From: an uncultured Planctomycetales bacterium | GTDB lineage: Bacteria > Omnitrophota > Gorgyraeia > Zapsychrales > JBDRMG01 | Direction of reading: 5' to 3' | DNA length: 64,000 bases | NCBI GenBank assembly: GCA_964478715.1 | Contig: CAYZIY010000001.1 | Span: 73,088 to 137,087 of the forward strand | Shown: positions 40,349-49,046 of the stretch, piece after piece | Numbering within the stretch: position 1 is the stretch's first letter | Layout: the number at the start of each line of letters is the position of its first letter | The notes under the pieces: model-generated | Told to the model about the DNA's origin: nothing | Database searches by the model: none | The model's input: the letters and a program-made list of their open reading frames with translations, nothing else | Made by a program: the position numbers and the translations under genes

Positions 40349-41362
40349 ATGGGATACGGAATCACATTGCCCTTTAAACCCATACTTGTTATAATACCGG
40401 CCATAATGATTGATATATCCTTTCAAGCTGCCGCTCAAGCGACAATCCAAATTTTCTTGATGGGCCTGGTCGGCTATGTGATGATAAAAAAGAAACTGAC
40501 TGGCAAAGAGGGTTTACGGCTTTTAACCCGGCTTTTGATTACCTGGCTTTTGCCTTGTCTGATATTCACACAGATGAGCCGTCATTTCAATTTTGATCAA
40601 TATCCGTATTGGTGGATTTTTCCCTTGCTTTGCTTTGCGCTTATGATCTGCGGGCTTATTTTAAGCCGTTTGATGCTTTTTCTGGCGCCGTCAAGCGATA
40701 TAAAACGCGAATTTACTGCTTTAATGATTTTCCAAAACTGTGGATATATTCCGCTTCTCATGGCGGCGGCAATTTTTCCTGGAGAAATTGCTTCGCGATT
40801 ATTCGTTTATATCTTTTTATTTATTATTGGTTTTGATTTGCTCTTGTGGTCTTTCGGTGTTTATCTGATCGGCGGGCATGCAACACAACGCCTCCCGATA
40901 AAAAAGATGATCAGCCCGCCTTTAAGGACACTTATCATTTCCATGATCATTGTTCTATTCGGTTTCAATAAATTGATTCCGTCGGTAATGATGAAACCGG
41001 TTGATCTATTCGGTCAATGTGCTTTGCCTTTGGCCATGATCGTTGTCGGCGGGAATCTGGCCTGCATTAAAGTGACTGAAGTCAAAGTCAAAGAGATGGT
41101 GCTGCTTCTTGCGGGTAAATTGTTCCTCTTGCCGATTCTGGCCTTGATAGTTGTTTCTTGGTTAAAGCCGGATATTTTGATCGGATTTCTCATCGTGATC
41201 GAAGCCTGCGTACCCAGCGCCTTGAATCTTTCCGTCATCGCCCGTCAGTATGAAGGAGAGCAGTCTTTTGTCAATCAGGCTATTTTCTACGGACATCTCA
41301 TTGGAATAGGGACGATTCCTTTGTTTCTTGTTTTGTATTCCCATATCGCGAAAGGCTTTTAA
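40349..41362 (+). CDS. AEC-family (auxin efflux carrier / Mem_trans) transporter
   Basis: 337 aa, about 10 TM helices in two 5-TM repeats with a central hydrophilic loop. Confidence 0.5.
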   Translation: MGYGITLPFKPILVIIPAIMIDISFQAAAQATIQIFLMGLVGYVMIKKKLTGKEGLRLLTRLLITWLLPCLIFTQMSRHFNFDQYPYWWIFPLLCFALMICGLILSRLMLFLAPSSDIKREFTALMIFQNCGYIPLLMAAAIFPGEIASRLFVYIFLFIIGFDLLLWSFGVYLIGGHATQRLPIKKMISPPLRTLIISMIIVLFGFNKLIPSVMMKPVDLFGQCALPLAMIVVGGNLACIKVTEVKVKEMVLLLAGKLFLLPILALIVVSWLKPDILIGFLIVIEACVPSALNLSVIARQYEGEQSFVNQAIFYGHLIGIGTIPLFLVLYSHIAKGF

Positions 41363-41829
41363 TGAAGGGTAAAACGGTTGTCACCAATAAAAAAGCATTC
41401 CGGGACTATTTTTTTTCCGACAAATGGGAAGCGGGCATTGAGCTCAAAGGAGCGGAAGTGAAATCTCTACGTGCCGGCGAAGTTAATTTCAAAGACAGTT
41501 TTGTGCGGATAGAAAAAGGAGAGGCCTATGTGTATAATTTGCATATTCATCCTTATGCGCAAGCGAGTTATCTGAATCTGGAGCCTGACCGGCGGCGCAA
41601 GCTTCTGCTTCATCACAAGGAGATTGCCAAGATTGCTGATTTGATTGCGATCAAACGCCTGGCCCTGATTCCCACGAAGATTTATTTTAATCAACGGGGA
41701 TTGGCTAAGATCGAGCTAGCCTTAGGCCGCGGCAAGAAGCAATATGACAAGAGAGAGGATATGAAAAAGAGAGATTTCGATCGCGAAGTCCACCGGGCGA
41801 CAAAATTGAATGGGAAAAGAAAAGGATAA
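41362..41829 (+). CDS. smpB: SsrA-binding protein
   Basis: 155 aa; canonical SmpB N-terminus (NKKAFRDYF...GIELKGAEVKSLR) and a basic C-terminal tail. Confidence 0.9.
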   Translation: MKGKTVVTNKKAFRDYFFSDKWEAGIELKGAEVKSLRAGEVNFKDSFVRIEKGEAYVYNLHIHPYAQASYLNLEPDRRRKLLLHHKEIAKIADLIAIKRLALIPTKIYFNQRGLAKIELALGRGKKQYDKREDMKKRDFDREVHRATKLNGKRKG

Positions 41830-41921
41830 GATTAAACCTTTTGCCGTGAAGATAGAGATAGGTTATAGCCTTTTCATATCATTAGATCAAAAATTCCCAG
41901 CGAGGGAGGTATCCGTATTAT

Positions 41922-41950
41922 TTGATAATCAGGAGATGTTCTTCTATAAT
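41922..41950 (+). promoter_or_regulatory. Consensus sigma70 promoter for ssrA
   Basis: TTGATA (41922-41927), a 17-nt spacer, TATAAT (41945-41950). The predicted TSS coincides with the tmRNA 5' end at 41958. Confidence 0.6.
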
Positions 41951-41957
41951 ATCAATA

Positions 41958-42343
41958 GGGGGTGAAACGGTTTCGACTTGAATTTGACAATACCTGGATG
42001 GCATGCCGGGGATGCTTGGTTGGCCCCGTTAACAATCCAAGCACAAAACAAATGCTGACTACAATCCAGTAGCAGAAGCCGAGGCTATTTTAGCCGAGGC
42101 GCCAGTCCTCGCTTAATCAAGTGAGGCCCTCTTGTTAATCTTGCCTGCGGGTTAATCAGGAGGTCGCAAGCAGGCTGGCTTTGATTCTTGCTTTCGGAAT
42201 CAAAGTGAGATTTGAGAAAGCTGGCCTTTATCCTATCCTGTCTATCGGAGAGGGTAAGGCGAGAATTAATAGATAGGCTAAGCATGTAGAGGTCCTGGCG
42301 TTGAGATTTAAGGACCGGGGTTCGACTCCCCGCACCTCCACCA
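41958..42343 (+). ncRNA. ssrA: tmRNA (ssrA), about 386 nt
   Basis: 5' GGGGGTGAAACGGTTTCGAC and 3' GGTTCGACTCCCCGCACCTCCACCA. The tRNA-Ala-like acceptor stem has the G3:U70 pair and encoded CCA. The internal tag frame (GCT GAC TAC AAT ... GTC CTC GCT TAA, about 42054-42116) encodes an Ala/Glu-rich tag ending in LA. Confidence 0.85.
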
Positions 42344-42358
42344 GACTCCGCTTAAATG

Positions 42359-42377
42359 TTTCGGCCCGAAATTTGTT
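42359..42377 (+). terminator. Possible weak intrinsic terminator downstream of ssrA
   Basis: 5-bp stem TTTCG/CGAAA with a GCC loop, followed by TTTGTT. Confidence 0.25.
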
Positions 42378-42494
42378 CGGGGTTTCATGTCAAACTTCGT
42401 TTGGTGGAATCCTACGAAGTCAAACACGAAGCCCTGAATGAATATTCAGGGCGAAGTATTTGGCGAAGCAGGATCCACGAGGAATCATTTAAAT

Positions 42495-42722
42495 ATGTTT
42501 TATGTTTACATACTCAGAAGCACGAACACATCAAATAAATATTATGCTGGTTATACCAATAATATAAAAAGAAGAATCAACCAACATAACGACTCACCAA
42601 TATCTTAACCTACTTGCGAATACGGACCTTGGGAATTAATAAGGTATGTAGCTTTTATGGAAAGTGTGGCAGTTACAAGATTTGAGAAATATCTTAAAAC
42701 TCCATCGGGGGAAAGCTTTTGA
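42495..42722 (+). pseudogene. GIY-YIG family nuclease pseudogene (in-frame TAA at 42606-42608)
   Basis: It translates to MFYVYILRSTNTSNKYYAGYTNNIKRRINQHN..., the classic GIY-YIG N-terminus. It is interrupted by TAA, and the same frame continues with PWELIRYVAF...TRFEKYLK, matching the GIY-YIG C-terminal half, up to TGA at 42720. Confidence 0.6.
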
Positions 42723-42839
42723 TAAAAAACATCTCATTTAATTGTAAGTTTTGTTTGGCGGTTTTTTGTTAAAGTGATATAAACAAAGAATGGAAAATGG
42801 AATACTTTTGCACTTCTAACAATTTTCAGGAGAGATAAG

Positions 42840-43022
42840 ATGAGAAAAACTTACCTTATTTTCGCAATATTGTCTTCAGGCCTCTGCCTTTTTTCCGGAC
42901 TTTGGATTTTGACCCAGTCCAACTGGTCGGATAATGATGTTCTCTCGATAGGTATTGGATTTTATTTTGTCGGCAAGGCGTTTTTTGTCGGTCCGATGTT
43001 GATTCTCACAGCGCTAAAATAG
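42840..43022 (+). CDS. Small two-TM membrane protein (60 aa)
   Basis: RBS GGAGAG upstream and two hydrophobic helices; 12 nt upstream of the marC-like gene. Confidence 0.3.
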   Translation: MRKTYLIFAILSSGLCLFSGLWILTQSNWSDNDVLSIGIGFYFVGKAFFVGPMLILTALK

Positions 43023-43034
43023 AGAAGACCTTCA

Positions 43035-43631
43035 ATGAATAATTATCTCAATGGCATTCTGGCGATACTGGCTCTAATCAATCCGTTAAGTAAACTCTTT
43101 GTTGTGCATACGATGAGTCAGTCTGTTGAACGGAGCGCGCTTCGTCATATAGTTATCAAGGCATCTTTAATCGCCGGCAGCATCCTGATTATTTTTACAG
43201 TGACCGGAAATTTTCTTCTGAAGTATTTGTTTCGGGTTGATATCTATTCCTTCCAGATCATCGGGGGGATTGTCTTGGCATTTCGAGGCCTTCAAGCCTT
43301 AAACCGGGGGCTTTTCTTTGAAGTGGAAACGAATCAGAAGCTGGAAGATGTCTCGATTGTTCCTTTAGCCTCTCCCATGATCGCGGGTCCAGCCACAATT
43401 ACGGCCGCTATTTCTTTTCCCGACCACTATGGTATGATTCCTACTCTTTTGGCTATCATTTGTGCTGTGTCTCTCAATCTTTTTTTCATGCTTCATACTT
43501 ATACGGTGAGTCATCTTATGACCCGATTTAATTTGATGGGAGCTCTCATCCGTATCACCGGTTTAGTGGTGGCCACTATCGGAGTCCAGATGATGCTTAA
43601 TGGAATTGCCGCCTATATTGCCACTCTTTAA
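43035..43631 (+). CDS. MarC-family (UPF0056) integral membrane protein
   Basis: 198 aa, 6 TM helices, N-terminal INPL motif. Confidence 0.6.
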   Translation: MNNYLNGILAILALINPLSKLFVVHTMSQSVERSALRHIVIKASLIAGSILIIFTVTGNFLLKYLFRVDIYSFQIIGGIVLAFRGLQALNRGLFFEVETNQKLEDVSIVPLASPMIAGPATITAAISFPDHYGMIPTLLAIICAVSLNLFFMLHTYTVSHLMTRFNLMGALIRITGLVVATIGVQMMLNGIAAYIATL

Positions 43632-43768
43632 GGAGTTTTTTAAAGGGCCCAAAAACTTTGTTTTTGGGCCCGCCTGCCAGAAACATCATCTTTTTCTTTC
43701 GGTGCTATGACGGTGGTCATAAAATAATAGTAGACGATTATTTAATCCCGCGGCCGAAAGGAGAGGCT

Positions 43769-44200
43769 ATGATCAATGCGAAAAACAAAAAGAGAGCTAC
43801 CGCAGCTGTGATCTGGCACGAAGGCAAAATCCTGATCGCCAAACGAAAAAAAGATTTTTTTTGGGAATTTCCGGGTGGAAAAATTGATTTCGGGGAAACA
43901 CCCGAAGCGTGTTTGTTGCGCGAAATCAGCGAAGAGCTTGATATCGATATTCAAATCGAATCGCTGTTTTCTAAAATTGACGGATTTTTCCGCCAGAAAT
44001 ATATCGAATTATATGCCTACAAGGCTTTTTGGGTGTGCGGTCATATCAAATTGAAAGTTCATACCGAAATCCGCTGGGTTTACCCGGAAGAATTGAATAT
44101 CGCCTGTTTTATCCGCGAAGATCAGGAAGTAGCAAAAATCCTCAAACGGCAGCCTCAGGGAGCCAGTCGAATTTCCGAACTGTTTTTGATCCATTCCTAA
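43769..44200 (+). CDS. NUDIX hydrolase (MutT-like)
   Basis: Nudix box GGKIDFGETPEACLLREISEELDI. The start at ATG 43769 has an AAAGGAGAG RBS; the ORF track uses an earlier in-frame start at 43658. Confidence 0.75.
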   Translation: MINAKNKKRATAAVIWHEGKILIAKRKKDFFWEFPGGKIDFGETPEACLLREISEELDIDIQIESLFSKIDGFFRQKYIELYAYKAFWVCGHIKLKVHTEIRWVYPEELNIACFIREDQEVAKILKRQPQGASRISELFLIHS

Positions 44201-44260
44201 GCGATCCTTTGCGGTTTTGGTACTCCAAAATCTTACTCCAAAATCAGACGTAACTTTCCA

Positions 44261-44288
44261 TTTACTAATATTAATACTATGTTATAAT
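44261..44288 (+). promoter_or_regulatory. Putative promoter with extended -10 (TGtTATAAT) upstream of the 624-aa gene
   Basis: TTTACT - 16 nt - TGTTATAAT (44280-44288); preceded by a tandem 12-bp direct repeat. Confidence 0.35.
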
Positions 44289-44348
44289 CGCTATATCTCA
44301 TAAATAGGAAGAGCAAAATTTTAACCTTTTTGAAAAACAGAGTTTATT

Positions 44349-46223
44349 ATGCAAAAAAGAGATCCAAGACACACGTTTTTTATCCCCGTTATGGGCACAG
44401 GCTATACCATGGACTCTCCCTTAAGGGTGGCTCCCTTTGGAATTTCTTCAGTGATTTCTCTGGTCGATGATGTGCTGATGGAGAAAATCCGGGAATACTA
44501 TTGCAAGCTTTTTAAGGAAAAATACGTTCCGATTCCTTCCAGCGAAGAGGATTGCCGTGCCAAACGCATCACGGCCTATTTGAATTTTATTCATAAACAC
44601 GCCTTGAAACGTTTCGAACAAATTCGCTGCGCCGATTTTAACCATAATATGGATATCAATAAATATTTCGAGATGCTTCCCAGCACCTGCCGCATTAGGA
44701 ATATTTATCTGCAGATGAAGAAGCTTGGCGATTCTACCGAAAAAAAGAGACTTCAAGAGCAATTGAGAGAGGTCATGCGTATCGGGAGCATCAATGTCAA
44801 TATCATGACCAAGCTGGATACCATGGCCCGGACTCCTGAGGGAACATTTGTCGCCAATGAATTCTCTAGCGCTCTGGCCGCCCTAAGAGGGTTTGCCCAT
44901 AGCACGCTCGATTCGGCGGTTGATTCGGCGGTTGTTTTTTCTGCCGGCATCAATCAGCGGCTTTACAGTTATGTTGCGGAGTTTAAAGACTTTTATGCCG
45001 ATTCCATGGGGCATGTCAAAAAGAAGGTGATTCTCAAAGTTAATGATTTCCGCTCAGCCTTGACGCAGGGAAAGATCTTTGCCAAAAAAGGTATTTGGGT
45101 TTCCGAATATCGTATTGAGTCAGGTTTAAATTGCGGCGGACACGCTTTTGGGGGTCAATGCAAGTTGTTGGGACCGGTTTTAGAGGAATTTCGCCAGAGG
45201 CGCGATACTTTGATCCAGAACCTCAGAGATATTTACCGCAAGACCTGCCAGAGTAAACAGTTGCCTCTGCTGGATCAGGAGCCTGATGCCCTCATTCAGG
45301 TTCAGGGAGGAATTGGGACAAATGGAGAGGATCGGTTTTTAAAAGAACATTACGGCGTGGATGAAACCGGGTGGGCTTCGCCTTTTCTTCTTTGCCCCGA
45401 GGTTTCCTCTGTCGATGATCAAACGCTTCAAGATTTATCGACCGCGCAAGAAGAAGATGTCGTTTTAAGCGAAACCTCGCCGATGGGAGTGCCTTTTTAT
45501 ACTCTTCAGAGTAGCTCGGCGGAAAAAGCCAAGCGCCGGCGACAACAAGAGGGTAATCAGGGTTTAACGTGCAGCAAGGGTTATCTCCGGCTGAATCAGG
45601 AATTTGAGAAGGCTCTTTGTCCGGCATCCAAATCTTACCAGAAATTAAAAATCGAATCGATGAAAAAACAGGGTGTTTCCGAAGAGGAATTCCGCAAGGT
45701 TCTCTGCAATCTGGGCGAGAAAGACTGTATTTGCCATCAGTTGGGCAACAGCATGATGAAAAAATACGGCCTTTCCATCAAAGGTCCCGGCGAGGTTGTG
45801 GTTTGTCCCGGGCCCAATTTGGTCTATTTTTCCCAAATTGTTTCTTTGAAAGAGATGATCGATCACATTTACGGCAAAGCCGATTTACTCAAAGGCGTTG
45901 AGCGGCCGCACATGTTTTTGAAAGAATTACAAATCAATATTCTGTATTTAAAAGATTTGCTGATTAAGGCTCAGGCGGATGAGCTTTCATCGCGAGACCA
46001 GCAAAATCTTTTAGCCTGTTTCCAAAATATTGAAGAGGGGATTGATTATTATTTGAATTTATTCAAAGAAGACCCGATCCGGTCTTTTCATGATGAAAAA
46101 TATCTTGAAAAACAATGGGAGCAATTTCAACAAATCAAGAGCCGGCTGGATCAGCTCAAGTCGGTCCGCTTGAGCTGTCAGAAGTCTCGGGAGTCCGAAG
46201 AGAAATTTGTCAGCCCAACTTAA
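44349..46223 (+). CDS. Uncharacterised 624-aa protein; possible divergent FMN-dependent NMO/FabK-like TIM-barrel motifs
   Basis: PVMGTGYTMDSPLRVAPFGISSV (compare NMO PIIQGGM...AAVS), ESGLNCGGHAFGG (compare EAGGH) and IQVQGGIGT (compare AAGGI). The rest, including the Cys-containing C-terminal half, is unrecognised. Confidence 0.45.
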   Translation: MQKRDPRHTFFIPVMGTGYTMDSPLRVAPFGISSVISLVDDVLMEKIREYYCKLFKEKYVPIPSSEEDCRAKRITAYLNFIHKHALKRFEQIRCADFNHNMDINKYFEMLPSTCRIRNIYLQMKKLGDSTEKKRLQEQLREVMRIGSINVNIMTKLDTMARTPEGTFVANEFSSALAALRGFAHSTLDSAVDSAVVFSAGINQRLYSYVAEFKDFYADSMGHVKKKVILKVNDFRSALTQGKIFAKKGIWVSEYRIESGLNCGGHAFGGQCKLLGPVLEEFRQRRDTLIQNLRDIYRKTCQSKQLPLLDQEPDALIQVQGGIGTNGEDRFLKEHYGVDETGWASPFLLCPEVSSVDDQTLQDLSTAQEEDVVLSETSPMGVPFYTLQSSSAEKAKRRRQQEGNQGLTCSKGYLRLNQEFEKALCPASKSYQKLKIESMKKQGVSEEEFRKVLCNLGEKDCICHQLGNSMMKKYGLSIKGPGEVVVCPGPNLVYFSQIVSLKEMIDHIYGKADLLKGVERPHMFLKELQINILYLKDLLIKAQADELSSRDQQNLLACFQNIEEGIDYYLNLFKEDPIRSFHDEKYLEKQWEQFQQIKSRLDQLKSVRLSCQKSRESEEKFVSPT

Positions 46224-46590
46224 AAATCCACGGATTATTTTTTTTGCCCTTCTTTTACTTTGCATTCTTGCTTTTCCCATTCTCCTTTTTAGAAGCTCAT
46301 CGATCCATTCTGAGCCCGCTGATGAGAATCAAATCTGCGGTATAGAGTCATGTCATGGGCTTGATATTTCTTGCGGAGAGAATGTTCCCGAGGCTTGCAC
46401 CAGGCTCTATAGGATAGGTGATTTTTGCAGACAATATGCCCGTTGTGAAATAATCAACGGTCAATGCCAGCTGATAAAAGACTCTCAATTTGAAGATTGC
46501 AAATCGTCTGTGGAGCGATGTCTTCAGATTAAAGATCATGGCGAACAACTTGACTGCGAAGCCCGATGTCGTCAGCAAATAAATCCATGA
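46207..46590 (+). CDS. Small secreted cysteine-rich protein (127 aa, 12 Cys); TTG start overlapping the upstream stop
   Basis: Signal peptide RIIFFALLLLCILAFPILLF. The mature part has 12 Cys in about 95 aa. There is no internal Met, so a non-ATG start is required. Confidence 0.45.
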   Translation: MSAQLKNPRIIFFALLLLCILAFPILLFRSSSIHSEPADENQICGIESCHGLDISCGENVPEACTRLYRIGDFCRQYARCEIINGQCQLIKDSQFEDCKSSVERCLQIKDHGEQLDCEARCRQQINP

Positions 46591-46621
46591 TAAAACGCAC
46601 CGTTATCAAGAGAGGTTCTTT

Positions 46622-46996
46622 ATGCCTAAGAAAATCCTGATTATTGAAGACGACAAAGACGTTTCCAGCCTGTTGGAGTCGCGCCTGAAGACCGAAGGGT
46701 ACGATATCATCAAGGCCGACAATGGGATCGATGGTTATGAAACGGCCAAATCCCAAAAACCCGATTTAATTATTACCGATGTTATGCTTCCCAAAACAGA
46801 CGGTTATCATCTCTGCCGTATGTTGAAATACGATGATAAATATAAATCCATTCCCGTTATGATGTTGACTGCCAAAGGAGAAGATGAGGATGAGGTCATC
46901 GGTAAGGGGGTGGGCGCGGATTGCTATATGACGAAACCTTTTGATGGCAGAATTCTTATTGAAAAAGTGCAGAGACTTTTAGATTCATCCTCTTAG
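46622..46996 (+). CDS. Single-domain response regulator (receiver only)
   Basis: 124 aa REC with an acidic pocket (EDD), Asp in IITDVMLP and Lys in YMTKP. Confidence 0.8.
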   Translation: MPKKILIIEDDKDVSSLLESRLKTEGYDIIKADNGIDGYETAKSQKPDLIITDVMLPKTDGYHLCRMLKYDDKYKSIPVMMLTAKGEDEDEVIGKGVGADCYMTKPFDGRILIEKVQRLLDSSS

Positions 46997-47011
46997 CCGC
47001 AGAGTCGTTTT

Positions 47012-48463
47012 ATGAAGGCGCAAACCAATCTGAAGCAAAAATTCGTTCTGGTTTTCTCAAGTTTTGTTTTTCTTCTCTTTACGCTTAAAATTATTTTCCG
47101 CTTAGGCGGATTCGTTCTTCTTTCTAAGCGTGATCATCACTTCCGGCAGAGTCTAAGCCAACAAGGGGTCATCAGAATTCTGTGCCTGGGAGAATCCACC
47201 ACGTATATGGGTGAACAAAACGCCTTTCCTCGTCAGCTGGAAGCCCTTCTGAATCAAAAAAGCAGAAAAACATTTTTCGTCATCAACGGCGGTGTGGCTT
47301 CTATTACCTCCGAGGGCATAGTTGCGGACTTAAAGTCCAATATTCTGCGGTATCGGCCTGATATCGTTATTGTTATGATGGGGATTAACGACGATGAGAA
47401 GACCAAGCCGTTTCGGGATTCTTTCCAAACATACGCGGGGCTTTTTATAAAAAATATTCGCGTGGTGAAGTTTGCTGAGTTGATATGGAAGCATCTTCGT
47501 TATAAATTGATGGAAATAAGAGCGTCTGCTCAATCGGGACAGGAATTATTAAAAAGGACAAAAGGCAATGAATATGAAAACTATTTAAGGATGAAGATTG
47601 TAGACCGCCCCCGGGAATCCTGGGGATACCGTGAGCTTAGAGTTTATTATGAGAAACGGGGACAGCTGCTTCAGGCCGAGAAAATTTACTTTCAGGCCAT
47701 GCTCTCCAATCCTAAAAAAGAATTCGGTTATGATATCTTGCGTCAATTTTTATTGCGTCAAAAACGAGCGACAGAAGCAGAATCTTATTTGAATAAGGCG
47801 ATGCGGCGTAATCCTACGAAATACTGGCCGCATCGCCTTTGGGGACATTACTATACCTCAATCGCCGATTATGAGAAAGCGCAGGAATCTTATCAAAAAG
47901 CCATCGAAATGAGTTTTGACAGATCAACATCTGAGGCCGCTCCTCTCTACAGAGACCTTGCCCTGATGCTTGAGAAAAGAGGCCACTGCAAACAGGCCGG
48001 TGAGATTCTAAAAAAAGCCTGCTCAATTCAGGCTGATATTTTCAGCCAAGATATTTTGAAGCAGTGCTATCCAAATCAGAGTTTATCTGTCAGGCGAAAA
48101 GATTTTAGACAAGATACTTTGGAGTTTCCCGTTAGGAAAATTGAATACAAGCAGGCAACCGTAGATAATTATCGTCTTCTAGCTGAAATTCTTAATGATC
48201 ATTATATTCAACTCATTGCTATGCAGTATCCGATGGTAGAATTGCATGGTTTGAGGGAGGCGCTTAAGGATGTTCCTGTTTTCGCTTTTGCCGGTAATAT
48301 TGATCGTTTTCAGAGATTTTTAAATAAAGATGGGTTTGACGAATATTTCACGGATCGTTTTGGTGGAACATTCGGCCACTGCAGTACTCAGGGAAACAGA
48401 CTTATCGCCGAGAATCTTGTGGAAATAATTTTAGATAGACTCTCACAACAAGGTAACCCATAG
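47012..48463 (+). CDS. SGNH/GDSL-like hydrolase domain plus TPR repeat protein
   Basis: N-terminal TM helix; block I ILCLGESTT (Ser nucleophile) and VVMMGINDDE; C-terminal half with TPR-like helices. Confidence 0.5.
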   Translation: MKAQTNLKQKFVLVFSSFVFLLFTLKIIFRLGGFVLLSKRDHHFRQSLSQQGVIRILCLGESTTYMGEQNAFPRQLEALLNQKSRKTFFVINGGVASITSEGIVADLKSNILRYRPDIVIVMMGINDDEKTKPFRDSFQTYAGLFIKNIRVVKFAELIWKHLRYKLMEIRASAQSGQELLKRTKGNEYENYLRMKIVDRPRESWGYRELRVYYEKRGQLLQAEKIYFQAMLSNPKKEFGYDILRQFLLRQKRATEAESYLNKAMRRNPTKYWPHRLWGHYYTSIADYEKAQESYQKAIEMSFDRSTSEAAPLYRDLALMLEKRGHCKQAGEILKKACSIQADIFSQDILKQCYPNQSLSVRRKDFRQDTLEFPVRKIEYKQATVDNYRLLAEILNDHYIQLIAMQYPMVELHGLREALKDVPVFAFAGNIDRFQRFLNKDGFDEYFTDRFGGTFGHCSTQGNRLIAENLVEIILDRLSQQGNP

Positions 48464-48542
48464 AGTTTTCAATTGTATTGTCCTCTGATTTATATTAAAC
48501 TGAAGATGAAATCGATGACAAATAAGCTCATTTTTATTTCTT

Positions 48543-49034
48543 ATGTCGACGAATAAGCCACAATATAATTTTTTATTAGTTATTCTATCTGTCGTTTTGT
48601 TTTATATGACTTGGTCTCCCCTTTTCGCTTTTAGTGACAACGATGATCATGAGGATCCTTTGATAATCCGTCTGAAGAAAAAATCCAAATACAAAGATCA
48701 CCGATGGCACCGAAATAGCATGTTTGAAGACTGGAAAAAAGACCGTAAGGGCCAAGACGAATGGAACCGGATTCGCGGCGATAAAAACGATTCCTATGAA
48801 CAAGAACGCGCTAAGCGTCAGGCTCATTGGCGGGACAAAAAGAAGAAATCCGAAAAGCAGGGGAAAGAAGATAAGAGAAAGGGACGCCTGGACTGGCGAG
48901 ACACCAAGGTTCGCAGCAAAGATGAATGGTTATTTAAGCGCAAGATTACCAAAGAAGATTGGAAGAAAAAGAAACATAATAAAAAATACGAAAAGGAAGA
49001 TCGTCATTGGGAATATCGCGATCCCAGCGACTGA
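48543..49034 (+). CDS. Secreted, highly charged low-complexity protein with periodic Trp (163 aa)
   Basis: A signal peptide, then a K/R/D/E-rich sequence with (D/E/H)W spaced about every 10-14 residues. Confidence 0.45.
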   Translation: MSTNKPQYNFLLVILSVVLFYMTWSPLFAFSDNDDHEDPLIIRLKKKSKYKDHRWHRNSMFEDWKKDRKGQDEWNRIRGDKNDSYEQERAKRQAHWRDKKKKSEKQGKEDKRKGRLDWRDTKVRSKDEWLFKRKITKEDWKKKKHNKKYEKEDRHWEYRDPSD

Positions 49035-49046
49035 GGTGATGATTCG

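Noticed and set aside
42606-42608. Possibility that the TAA inside the GIY-YIG frame reflects stop-codon reassignment or programmed readthrough
   Set aside because: Other genes in the window (for example mcsA, lolD, smpB) terminate on TAA at positions that fit their conserved C-termini, so TAA is a genuine stop here. A single nonsense mutation is the simpler explanation.
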